A DNA stretch of 64,000 nt from Bacteroidales bacterium (GTDB lineage: Bacteria; Bacteroidota; Bacteroidia; Bacteroidales; VadinHA17), in the NCBI GenBank assembly GCA_017882305.1, contig JADGPU010000005.1, positions 3,797 to 67,796 on the forward strand, written 5' to 3'. This document shows positions 27,686-36,778 of this stretch, piece by piece. The notes beneath the pieces are model-generated. The model had not been told where the DNA came from. It ran no database searches and saw only the letters and a list, made by a program, of their open reading frames with translations. Made by a program: the position numbers and the translations under genes. Position 1 is the stretch's first letter; the number at the start of each line of letters is the position of its first letter.

Positions 27686-28786
27686 ATGAAAAAGGTCCTT
27701 CGTACTGTTCTGGTTATTGCCGGAAGCATTCTCTTTCTGCTGGCAGTGCTTTTAATTACTGTTCTGATTAATAGTCCTGGTGAGCCCAGTCCATTTCTGG
27801 ATCTGAATGGTAAAAAAATTCCCGGAAGTATTGCTGCAATTGAAACTGTGAACATAAATGGACTGAATCAGAGAATGATAATACGTGGAAGAGATACCAC
27901 AAAACCGGTATTGTTGTATCTTCATGGCGGACCAGGGGATCCGGAGTATCCATTTGTAAGACAGTTTAATTCAAGTATTGAGGATCTGTTTGTTGTTTGT
28001 TACTGGGATCAGCGTGGCGCAGGCCTGTCATATTCAAAAGATATTCCTGCTGAGACAATGACTCTTAAACAATTTGTTGAAGATGCCGGAAAGGTTTCAG
28101 AATATCTTATCCAAAAATTTAATCGAAAAAAAATATATCTCCTGGGACATTCCTGGGGAACTATGCTGGGTTCATTTACTGCTAACAAATATCCTGAATA
28201 CTATTATGCATTTATATCTGTCGGACAAGTTGGGGATCAGGTCCGTTCAGAAAATATTTCGTATAATTTTGTTCTGTCCCGGGCAAAGGAATTAAAGGAC
28301 AGTAAAGCAATCCGGATTCTCGAAAAAATAGGGCCTCCTCCATATTCAGATCCAAGGGAGGCTATCAACAAAATGCTTATAGAAAGAAAGTACGTCATAA
28401 GGTATGGAGGGGCCATTAAAAAAGGGAAATTTTACCAGGAAGCAGTAAAACCCCTATTTTTTTGCAAGGAATATACTTTAAAAGATAAGATTAACTATTT
28501 AAAAGGGATGAAGTTTACAAAAGACTATTTATGGGATGTAATAATGAAGACAAATCTCTTTAAAGCTATTCCATCTCAAAAGATTCCTGTCTACATATTA
28601 CAAGGCACGTCTGATTACCAGACCTCCTATATCATAGCAAAAGAGTACTTTGATACACTTCAGGCACCTGTGAAGATGTTCTACTCTTTTGAAAATTCAG
28701 CTCATTCCCCGATATTTGAAGAACCTGAAAAATTTGAAATGATATTAAAGGAAATTCTTTTGGAACAACAAAAGGATGGAAAGTAA
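27686..28786 (+). CDS. Alpha/beta hydrolase, proline-iminopeptidase-like
   Basis: N-terminal TM/signal segment. LYLHGGPG oxyanion motif. Nucleophile elbow LLGHSWGT. Confidence 0.8.
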   Translation: MKKVLRTVLVIAGSILFLLAVLLITVLINSPGEPSPFLDLNGKKIPGSIAAIETVNINGLNQRMIIRGRDTTKPVLLYLHGGPGDPEYPFVRQFNSSIEDLFVVCYWDQRGAGLSYSKDIPAETMTLKQFVEDAGKVSEYLIQKFNRKKIYLLGHSWGTMLGSFTANKYPEYYYAFISVGQVGDQVRSENISYNFVLSRAKELKDSKAIRILEKIGPPPYSDPREAINKMLIERKYVIRYGGAIKKGKFYQEAVKPLFFCKEYTLKDKINYLKGMKFTKDYLWDVIMKTNLFKAIPSQKIPVYILQGTSDYQTSYIIAKEYFDTLQAPVKMFYSFENSAHSPIFEEPEKFEMILKEILLEQQKDGK

Positions 28787-28824
28787 TAATGTCTAAATTT
28801 GCAATCATTTAAAATTATTACTTC

Positions 28825-29751
28825 ATGGATCAGTTCAACAATCACCCTCTTTACCGCAGACATAATATTGACAGTGCTATGAACTCATTATGGGAGTTTT
28901 ATAAAAAGAAATTCCTATCATTATTCATTATGTCACTTGTAATGTCTCTCATAATTCAATATACTTCAACCCTGGTAAATATGAAGGAACTTTCTTCAAT
29001 CACTGATCCGATGGTTTTGCTCGGAAAAATTAAGGGTTTTCTCCTCCCGATTCTGTTAATCTCTCTGATAAATCTTCTCTTTGCAACTATACTTCAGTAC
29101 TATGTAATATTCAACCCGATAAACAATGAGAATACGATTTTTACTTCAATAGTTAAATCCCTGAAGTATTTTATCCCGTATCTTATTATGATGGTGCTCC
29201 TGGCATTCGCAGGTTCCATAGCTATTATTCTGGGGATATTTGTACTCATCGTCGGTGCATTCTTTGCGATGTTATATGTAGTGACCCTTTATCTTTTCAT
29301 ATTACCTGTAATGATGGTTGAAGAAACAAATATTGGCTCTACTATCACCAGAATAATAAAACTTACTCATAAAAACTTCTGGTCGAATATAGGCTGGGTA
29401 AGCGTTTTTATTGTAATTATGTTAGTTATATCTGTAATCTTCTCCGGAATTATACTAATTCCTTTTACTGGGAGTTTTATAAAGACAATTGTAAATCCGG
29501 AGGACGCCTCTAAACTGGTTGATGTTACGACAAAGCCTATGTTCATCATCCTGTCTTCAATAATAAGTGCTCTAACGCTTCCCATAATGCCAATATTTGC
29601 CTGTATTCTGTATTTCCGTGGGAAGGCAGGAGAAGAGCAAATCCAGTCGATCCCAACTTTAGATCCTGAAGATAGCAGAGTCAAAGTTGAAGACTTGTAC
29701 GCTAAACCATATTCAGATGATCATCCGGATAATCCGGAAAAGAAAGACTAA
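28825..29751 (+). CDS. Polytopic membrane protein, unknown function
   Basis: Several long hydrophobic segments and an acidic C-terminal tail. No motif recognised. Confidence 0.6.
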   Translation: MDQFNNHPLYRRHNIDSAMNSLWEFYKKKFLSLFIMSLVMSLIIQYTSTLVNMKELSSITDPMVLLGKIKGFLLPILLISLINLLFATILQYYVIFNPINNENTIFTSIVKSLKYFIPYLIMMVLLAFAGSIAIILGIFVLIVGAFFAMLYVVTLYLFILPVMMVEETNIGSTITRIIKLTHKNFWSNIGWVSVFIVIMLVISVIFSGIILIPFTGSFIKTIVNPEDASKLVDVTTKPMFIILSSIISALTLPIMPIFACILYFRGKAGEEQIQSIPTLDPEDSRVKVEDLYAKPYSDDHPDNPEKKD

Positions 29752-29780
29752 TTGTCTTGCGACCTGGGGCCACTAGACAA

Positions 29781-30575
29781 TTATAGGTCGTTCTCCCCCT
29801 TCACATACCCGAAATTCGCGAGTATTCCTCCATCTACATATAAGATATGTCCATTAACAAAATTACTGGCTTTGGAAGCCAGGAATAGTGCTGCATTAGC
29901 CACATCCTCTGGTTCTCCCCATCTGCCTGCCGGTGTGCGGGTCATTACAAGATCATTAAAAGGGTGCCCGTTTTCACGTAATGGAGCTGTTAGTGAAGTT
30001 GCAATATAACCCGGACCAATACCATTGATCTGAATATTATATTTTGCCCATTCACAGGTCATATTCTGAGTCAGAAGCTTCAGGCCTCCTTTGGCCGAAG
30101 CATATGCTGATACTGTATTCCTTCCATATACACTCATCATGGAACACATATTAATGATCTTTCCGCTGTGCTTGTCAATCATCTTAGGCACAACCCGTTT
30201 GGAAACTATTAAAGGAGCAATAAGGTCAACATCAATTATCTGCTTGAATTCAGATATAGTCATATCCAGTATTGGTATCCTCTTAATGATCCCTGCATTA
30301 TTTACAAGTATATCAACCGAACCAATACTTTTTTCGATCAAAGAAATTCCTTTATCTACTTCATGCTCATCGGTAACATTGAATTTCAGGGTAAAAACAT
30401 CCAACCCTTCATTTTTAAATGCCTCCTTACAACTGTGAAGCTTTTCATCATGGTGATCATTGACACATACTTTCGCACCCGCTCTGGCCAATAATATACC
30501 TATCGCGAGTCCAATCCCATGTGTACCGCCTGTGACAAGTGCAACTTTTCCGGTAAGATCGAATAAATCTTTCAT
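29781..30575 (-). CDS. SDR oxidoreductase, gluconate 5-dehydrogenase / KduD-like
   Basis: MKDLFDLTGKVALVTGGTHGIGLAIG. SxxxYxASK context (YASAKGG). Sits directly downstream of kduI. Confidence 0.8.
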   Translation of the reverse strand: MKDLFDLTGKVALVTGGTHGIGLAIGILLARAGAKVCVNDHHDEKLHSCKEAFKNEGLDVFTLKFNVTDEHEVDKGISLIEKSIGSVDILVNNAGIIKRIPILDMTISEFKQIIDVDLIAPLIVSKRVVPKMIDKHSGKIINMCSMMSVYGRNTVSAYASAKGGLKLLTQNMTCEWAKYNIQINGIGPGYIATSLTAPLRENGHPFNDLVMTRTPAGRWGEPEDVANAALFLASKASNFVNGHILYVDGGILANFGYVKGENDL

Positions 30576-30598
30576 AGCAAAATTTTATTATATTTCTT

Positions 30599-30700
30599 TC
30601 TCTGTGACTCTCTGTGTCTTCTCTGTGTAACTCTGTGTAACTGATTTTTAAAGAACTTACACAGAGTTACATTGAGGTTTCACAGAGTTGCACAGAGGTT
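30599..30700. repeat. CTCTGTG word element with an internal 15-bp perfect hairpin
   Basis: CTCTGTGTAA x2. Stem 30626-30640 TGTAACTCTGTGTAA pairs with 30657-30671 TTACACAGAGTTACA (16-nt loop). Then CACAGAGTTGCACAGAGG. Confidence 0.8.
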
Positions 30701-30703
30701 AAA

Positions 30704-31540
30704 CTATTTAAGAGTATCAGGTTGATGGACATCCATATCCCCGTAATCAAGATTCTCCCCTGCCATGCCCCATATAAATGTATAATTAGATGTTCCTGCT
30801 GCGCTGTGAATACTCCATGATGGCGAAAGGACAGCCTGTTCATTCTTCATCCATATATGTCTGGTTTCATCAGGAACACCCATGAAATGACATATAGTCT
30901 GTTTTTCAGCCAGATCAAAGTAGAAATAAGCTTCCATCCTTCGGTTATGCGTATGAACGGGCATAGTGTTCCAAACGCTGCCTGTCTTAAGTTCTGTCAT
31001 TCCCATCTGAAGCTGACAAGACTCTATGACACTGTTTACCAGCAACTTATTAACTGTCCGGTGATTTGAAGACTCCATAGTTCCCAGAACAACTACATCT
31101 GCATCAGTGAGTGTAAGCTTCCTGGAAGGATATGCATGATGCGCAGGTGCTGAATTAATATATAGTTTAGCTGGTTTATCCCGATCCGGCGACTTAAAAA
31201 CGACATCATGAGAACCTTTGCCAAGGTACAAAGCCTCTTTGAATCCGATTTTATAGATCTCACCACTCGCATTAATCACCGCGTCTCCTCCAACATTGAT
31301 AATTCCCATCTCCCTTCTGTCAAGGAAATTTTCCGATTTAAGTTCATCTGTGCTCTCAAGCATTAACTTATTCTTAACCGGCATAGCACCTCCGACCATA
31401 TAACGATCGTACATCGAATAGACCAGAGTTATCTCATCTGGCAAAAAGATATTTTCTATAAGAAACTCTTTACGAAGTCTCTCTGTATCATATTTTTTTA
31501 CATCGATCGGATGAGCTGCGTACCTAAGTTCTACTTTCAT
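30704..31540 (-). CDS. kduI: 5-dehydro-4-deoxy-D-glucuronate isomerase
   Basis: 278 aa. MKVELRYAAHPIDVKKYDTERLRKEFLIENIF and the cupin region HTHNRRMEAYFYF are typical of KduI. Confidence 0.9.
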   Translation of the reverse strand: MKVELRYAAHPIDVKKYDTERLRKEFLIENIFLPDEITLVYSMYDRYMVGGAMPVKNKLMLESTDELKSENFLDRREMGIINVGGDAVINASGEIYKIGFKEALYLGKGSHDVVFKSPDRDKPAKLYINSAPAHHAYPSRKLTLTDADVVVLGTMESSNHRTVNKLLVNSVIESCQLQMGMTELKTGSVWNTMPVHTHNRRMEAYFYFDLAEKQTICHFMGVPDETRHIWMKNEQAVLSPSWSIHSAAGTSNYTFIWGMAGENLDYGDMDVHQPDTLK

Positions 31541-31577
31541 AATTTCCTGATTAAGATAATTCTCTTATTAATTTAAA

Positions 31578-31633
31578 GGCGCCAGGCTTGAGGCGTGAGG
31601 CGTGAGGCGTGAGGCGTGAGGCAAGTGGGGTCA
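31578..31633. repeat. Heptad array GGCGTGA (4 perfect and 4 degenerate units)
   Basis: GGCGCCA GGCTTGA (GGCGTGA)x4 GGCAAGT GGGGTCA. Confidence 0.9.
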
Positions 31634-31651
31634 AGTGTAAGTTATTAACAT

Positions 31652-31700
31652 AATGCCCGATGCCTGATGCCTGATGCCTGATGCCTGATGCCCTATGCCT
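31652..31700. repeat. Heptad array GATGCCT (4 perfect and 3 degenerate units), overlapping the GH5 stop codon
   Basis: AATGCCC (GATGCCT)x4 GATGCCC TATGCCT. The stop codon of the minus-strand GH5 gene is 31699-31701. Confidence 0.9.
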
Positions 31701-32919
31701 ATTTCTTCCCAAACAATGCCTCTACCACTCCATTATTAATTTTACAGTTTTCAAATTTCACATTTTCCGCTAATTCCATGAATGTAGCTTTTGCCTCTTC
31801 AACAGTTGGTTTTGGTCCCTTTCCAGCCCAGTAATCAATGATTTTCTGATAGCCCAATGGTTTTGTAATAGTCATTAAACTACTCTCCGACCCTATTTTT
31901 TTGATCGTCCACCATGACCAGCCGATGTTATTTGTTTCAAACAAATTCACGGCAGCTCTAAACCATTCATTAGTGTTTTCACCCGATTCGCCCATCCAAA
32001 CCGGCACATTATATTTCTCTCTCATATCAAGATACTTTTGAATTGTCTCAACAGTTGTCGGATTCCAGTATTTATGAAAACTATAAACCATATTATTGTC
32101 CCAAGGGGGTGTCAGACCCGTATAATCATTTGCAAACTGGTTACCCTCAATGAAAATAATATGCTTTTTATCAACTTCACGAACCTTCCGGGTAATTGCT
32201 GAAAAGAGTTTTTTCAGAGATTCATTACCCTCAAGTTTATAGTTAGTTTCGTTGATAAGGTCATATCCACCGATCCACTCTTCATCTTTATAGCTCTCTG
32301 CGAGTTTCTTCCATAAAGCGATGGATTTTTCCTGATTTGCCTCACTCTCCCAGAGCCTGGGTTTAAGTGTATCTATGTCTGCAATTGGCCTGTCATTTCC
32401 CTGTCCGCCCGGTGCGGCATGGAGATCAAGAATCAGGTACATTTTGTTTTTCTTACACCATGAAAGAAGGTCATCAGTCAATTTAAACCCTGTAGTTAAC
32501 CACGTATTTTGTCCTATAACAGGCTCTTTATCAATTGGCAGAGTAAAAAGATTGTAATGCATTGGCAGCCTTATTGAATTAAACCCCCATTTTTTGAGTG
32601 CATCAATATCTTTCTCTGTTATCATATTATTAAGATAACGTGTGTAGAATTCCTCACAATTCTTCTGCCCGATTAAACTGGTGATCCTAGCTTTTATTTC
32701 AGTCTGGGTGCCTGCTACATCAGATAACTGAAACATATATGGTTCCTGAAGCATCCAGCCACCAAGACCTATTCCCCTGAGTAAGACATTTTCGCCTTTT
32801 TCATTTACGATCTTTTTTCCTTCAGACTTGAGGAATCCTTGGCTAAACACAACGTCTCCAGAAATGATTAGATAAACACCTATAACAAGAGTAAAAATGT
32901 AGTTTTTCATGTTTATCAC
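31699..32919 (-). CDS. Glycoside hydrolase family 5
   Basis: Signal peptide. GFNSIRLP, acid/base LINETNY, nucleophile WMGESGEN. Confidence 0.8.
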   Translation of the reverse strand: MINMKNYIFTLVIGVYLIISGDVVFSQGFLKSEGKKIVNEKGENVLLRGIGLGGWMLQEPYMFQLSDVAGTQTEIKARITSLIGQKNCEEFYTRYLNNMITEKDIDALKKWGFNSIRLPMHYNLFTLPIDKEPVIGQNTWLTTGFKLTDDLLSWCKKNKMYLILDLHAAPGGQGNDRPIADIDTLKPRLWESEANQEKSIALWKKLAESYKDEEWIGGYDLINETNYKLEGNESLKKLFSAITRKVREVDKKHIIFIEGNQFANDYTGLTPPWDNNMVYSFHKYWNPTTVETIQKYLDMREKYNVPVWMGESGENTNEWFRAAVNLFETNNIGWSWWTIKKIGSESSLMTITKPLGYQKIIDYWAGKGPKPTVEEAKATFMELAENVKFENCKINNGVVEALFGKK

Positions 32920-33004
32920 GAATTAATAATTTATATTTTTTTTTAAACGATTTGCGCCTCCGCCTAAAACTGTGCTCCTCTGTGTCTTTCTGTGTCAGTT
33001 CTTT

Positions 33005-33032
33005 AAAATGGACATGCCATGGCATGTCCCTA
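33005..33032 (-). terminator. 20-bp perfect palindrome followed by a U-rich run, after GH105
   Basis: GGACATGCCATGGCATGTCC (33010-33029). On the minus strand it is followed by ATTTTAAAG. It starts 3 nt after the GH105 stop. Confidence 0.6.
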
Positions 33033-34181
33033 CTATAAAATTCCGTTATCAATCAACCTTGTTATCTCCGTACCTGCCATCAGGAATCCGCCGACACCAT
33101 AGACTTCAGTCATTTCCCTGGTGACACTTTTGGGATCAGCTCCAATAGGTTGGATAAATCCCACCTTCCCGTCGGGCCAAACAGATGTAACCATAGATTT
33201 CCATCCTTTTACTATATACGGAAGATACGTGGCTTTGTCAAGATAACCATTGTTTATACCCCAGGCGATGCCATAAACAAAAAATGCTGTTGCGCTCATT
33301 TCCGGATTTGGATAACTCGCAGGATCCAGAAGGCTTGCATGCCAGAATCCGTCAGCAGATTGTAATTTTAGAAGTTTTGCAGCCATCTTCTTATATATAG
33401 TCACAAAATAATCCTTATGCTCATATGTAGCAGGAAGCTCTCTTATGATAATTGGCAACCCGGCAAACACCCATCCATTGCCCCGGCCCCAGAATACTTT
33501 TGCTCCATTTGCCTCTTTTCTTGTGAAATAATTGGAGTCCCTGAAATAGAGATCTTCATCTTTATCATAAAGATAATCTGTGGTTGCCTTATATTCCTTA
33601 TACATAAAATCAAGGTACTTTTTCTTGCCCGTTACGTTGGCCATTTTTGCCCAAACTGTCGGTCCCATGAAAAGAGCATCGCACCACGACCATCGCTGGG
33701 TTGACCAGTAATTCTCCGTATTTTCAAATTTAAGATCCCCGGTTGCCGGGTCCTTAATTATCTGATCAAGATATGCTTTAATGGGTTTTATCATCTTCTT
33801 ATCCTTATATTTACGATAAAGTTCAATATAAGTCTGACCTATGCAATAATCATCAGCATGATATCTTTGAAGAGGATTCTCTCTGACAAGGTACGACCAG
33901 CCGGTTTTTTCCGATATTCGTTTCAGCCAATCATAATATGAATTATCGCCTGCTATTCCAGCCCACTCAATCATACCAGCGTAAAGTGCGCCATTTGTCC
34001 AGTCAGCCAGATCATGAGTAAGAGGAGTTCTGATCTGCCGGTCGGCAACTGCTTTCAATACAGTTTTGATATCAGATTTATTTATATCTGATTTAAAAGC
34101 AGGTGTTGTTTGCTCCTGTGAAAAAACTAAACTTGAGCAGATTATTAAAATGATTGTCAAAATACTTTTACTGGTTTTCAT
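33033..34181 (-). CDS. Unsaturated rhamnogalacturonyl hydrolase (GH105, YteR/YesR-like)
   Basis: Signal peptide. RWSWCDALFMGP, FWGRGNGWVFAG, ATAFFVYG. Confidence 0.85.
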   Translation of the reverse strand: MKTSKSILTIILIICSSLVFSQEQTTPAFKSDINKSDIKTVLKAVADRQIRTPLTHDLADWTNGALYAGMIEWAGIAGDNSYYDWLKRISEKTGWSYLVRENPLQRYHADDYCIGQTYIELYRKYKDKKMIKPIKAYLDQIIKDPATGDLKFENTENYWSTQRWSWCDALFMGPTVWAKMANVTGKKKYLDFMYKEYKATTDYLYDKDEDLYFRDSNYFTRKEANGAKVFWGRGNGWVFAGLPIIIRELPATYEHKDYFVTIYKKMAAKLLKLQSADGFWHASLLDPASYPNPEMSATAFFVYGIAWGINNGYLDKATYLPYIVKGWKSMVTSVWPDGKVGFIQPIGADPKSVTREMTEVYGVGGFLMAGTEITRLIDNGIL

Positions 34182-34210
34182 TTATCATTATTTTTATCGG
34201 ATCCAGGGTT

Positions 34211-34274
34211 TCCCATCATTCCATTATTCCATTATTCCATCATTCCATTTTTCCCTTTTTCATTTCTCCTTTTA
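34211..34274. repeat. 8-mer array TTCCATTA
   Basis: TTCCATTA TTCCATTA TTCCATCA TTCCATTT TTCCCTTT TTCATTTC TCCTTTTA, in the divergent GH105/uxaC spacer. Confidence 0.8.
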
Positions 34275-34321
34275 CCTTAAATCTTTTTATATTTCTTGAT
34301 TAATTGATTTGGAATTCATAA

Positions 34322-34351
34322 TTTCGTGATCGTTAACGAAACATTAATGTT
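34322..34351. promoter_or_regulatory. Candidate operator: two adjacent palindromes upstream of uxaC
   Basis: TTTCGT-gatcgtta-ACGAAA (34322-34341) and the perfect AACATTAATGTT (34340-34351), 36-65 nt upstream of ATG 34387. The 11-mer TTAACGAAACA recurs at 41482-41492 upstream of gnd. Confidence 0.3.
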
Positions 34352-34386
34352 CAAATTTAAAAAATTTTATAATCCCTTTTAAAGAT

Positions 34387-35784
34387 ATGAAACCATTTAT
34401 TCATAAGAATTTTCTTTTGGGGAATAAAACAGGAAAAAAACTTTATCATAAATATTCTGAGAATCAGCCTATTGTAGATTTCCACTGCCACCTTTCACCT
34501 GCAATGATAGCCGGGGACCGTCAATTTGCCAATCTTACCCAGGCCTGGATGGAAGGCGATCATTATAAATGGAGAGCTATGCGAACAAATGGTATCCACG
34601 AAAAATTTTGTACAGGGAATGCTACGGACATAGAAAAATTTAAGAAATGGGCAGAAACAGTCCCAGCCACAGCAGGAAATCCGCTTTATCATTGGACGCA
34701 TCTCGAACTTACCAGATATTTCAATATAACTGAACTTCTTTCTCCCTCAACAGCTACCATGATCTATGAAAAAGCTTCTTCCCTGCTCGATACGAAGGAG
34801 TTCAGTACCAGATCAATAATACGGAAAATGAAAGTAGATGTAGTCTGTACTACTGATGATCCTACAGATAATCTTGAACATCATCTGAAACTGAAAGACT
34901 CTTTCGAAATCAAAGTTCTGCCAACTTTCCGGCCCGATAATATAATTAAAACAGAGGACCCTGAGAAATTCAAGTTGTACATTCAGAAACTAAAACTGGC
35001 AAGTGGAAATGAGATAAGGAACTTTGATGATCTTCTTGAAGCATTAGATAAAAGACACAAGTTCTTTCATGAAATGGGAGGCAGATTATCTGATCATGGT
35101 CTTGACCATTTTTATTTTGCCACTTTTACTTCATCTGAAATTGACAGAATTTTTAAGAATCTGCTCAAAGGAAAGATCATTTCATCCGAGGAGACTGAAA
35201 AATATAAAACAGCTGTGTTGCTAGAACTCTGCAGACTGAATCATAAAAGAGGCTGGGCTCAGCAGTTTCACGTCGGGGCAATGAGAAATAATAATTCAAG
35301 GATGTTCAGACAAATGGGGGCTGATACAGGCTGGGATTCAATCGGCAATGCCCAGGATGTATTGAAAATATCTAAATTTCTTAACGAACTTGATAATAAT
35401 GACCAACTTACGAAGACGATACTCTATGATCTGAATCCTTCTGATAATGAAATGATGATAACCATGGCCGGGAATTTCAATGACGGTTTATCACCAGCGA
35501 AAGTACAATATGGAGCAGCATGGTGGTTCCTCGATCAGAAATGTGCTATGGAAAAGCATCTGAAGGATATTGCAGCTTTAGGACTATTAAGAAGGTTTAT
35601 CGGAATGGTCACCGATTCACGCAGCTTCCTCTCCTACCCGCGTCACGAATATTTCAGACGTATTGTATGTAATTATGTTGGAGAAGAGGTTGAAAAGGGT
35701 CATATACCTGACGAAGAAGAACTTTTGAAACCAATAATTGAAGGAATCTCATACAGGAATGCGAAGGAGTATTTTGGGTTCTGA
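34387..35784 (+). CDS. uxaC: Glucuronate isomerase
   Basis: MKPFIHKNFLL..PIVDFHCHLSP..DHYKWRAMR..GNPLYHWTHLEL. Confidence 0.92.
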   Translation: MKPFIHKNFLLGNKTGKKLYHKYSENQPIVDFHCHLSPAMIAGDRQFANLTQAWMEGDHYKWRAMRTNGIHEKFCTGNATDIEKFKKWAETVPATAGNPLYHWTHLELTRYFNITELLSPSTATMIYEKASSLLDTKEFSTRSIIRKMKVDVVCTTDDPTDNLEHHLKLKDSFEIKVLPTFRPDNIIKTEDPEKFKLYIQKLKLASGNEIRNFDDLLEALDKRHKFFHEMGGRLSDHGLDHFYFATFTSSEIDRIFKNLLKGKIISSEETEKYKTAVLLELCRLNHKRGWAQQFHVGAMRNNNSRMFRQMGADTGWDSIGNAQDVLKISKFLNELDNNDQLTKTILYDLNPSDNEMMITMAGNFNDGLSPAKVQYGAAWWFLDQKCAMEKHLKDIAALGLLRRFIGMVTDSRSFLSYPRHEYFRRIVCNYVGEEVEKGHIPDEEELLKPIIEGISYRNAKEYFGF

Positions 35785-35814
35785 CCCGATAAACTGATAT
35801 CTAACACATTATAT

Positions 35815-36657
35815 ATGAATGATTTAAATTTAAAAGATAAAATAGCGGTTTTAACTGGCGGGGCAGGAATTATCTGCTCTGCAATGGCTAGATCACTTGC
35901 CGCATATGGTGTTAAAACTGTAATCCTCGACCTCAACAAAGATGCGGCAACTGATGTTGCGAAACAGATTGAAAAAGAGTTTAATACACCATCCATTGGC
36001 GTTTATGCCAGTGTTCTCGACAAAGCCTCCCTGGAGTCAGCAAGAAAAGATATTCATGAGAAGTTCGGACCTGTTGACATACTGGTAAACGGAGCCGGCG
36101 GCAACTCTCCTGCCGCTACTACCGGGGTCGAAAAAATGAATGGCACTGAAGACGAAAACCTTGAAGAAACATTTTTCGGACTTCAGATTGAAGGATTTGA
36201 TAGGGTATTTGACCTCAACTTTAAGGGCACACTTATCCCATCTATGGTTTTCGCAAATGACATGGTAAGGAAAAAATCAGGAGTAATAATTAACATTTCT
36301 TCAATGAACTCATACAGACCCCTGACTAAGATTGCCGCTTATTCTGCGGCAAAAGCAGCTGTTAATAATTTCACACAATGGCTGGCGGTTCATTTTTCAA
36401 AAACAGGTGTGCGGGTTAATGCAATTGCTCCGGGATTCCTTATGACAAATCAGAACAGATTCCTCTTAATTGATGAAAAAACCGGAGACCACACACCAAG
36501 AGGAATGAAAATAATAAATGGCACACCGATGGAACGATATTGTATACCTGAAGAATTAACAGGCACACTTCTCTATCTTGTCTCTGACTTGTCAAAGTTT
36601 GTTACAGGTGTTGTTATACCGGTTGATGGGGGGTTTAGTGCGTATGGTGGTGTATGA
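35815..36657 (+). CDS. SDR-type D-mannonate oxidoreductase / fructuronate reductase (YjmF/UxuB-like)
   Basis: LTGGAGIICSAMA; NGAGGNSPAATT insertion; YSAAKAAV. Confidence 0.7.
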   Translation: MNDLNLKDKIAVLTGGAGIICSAMARSLAAYGVKTVILDLNKDAATDVAKQIEKEFNTPSIGVYASVLDKASLESARKDIHEKFGPVDILVNGAGGNSPAATTGVEKMNGTEDENLEETFFGLQIEGFDRVFDLNFKGTLIPSMVFANDMVRKKSGVIINISSMNSYRPLTKIAAYSAAKAAVNNFTQWLAVHFSKTGVRVNAIAPGFLMTNQNRFLLIDEKTGDHTPRGMKIINGTPMERYCIPEELTGTLLYLVSDLSKFVTGVVIPVDGGFSAYGGV

Positions 36658-36778
36658 GGGATCAGGAGTTCGGCGAAGCCAAACCCGGCAAAGCGGGGAT
36701 AAAAGTATACAGATGGAAATAAACGAGAAAACATATTCTGAATAAGACGAATCAAAGACTAATTACAATATTTAGTAA

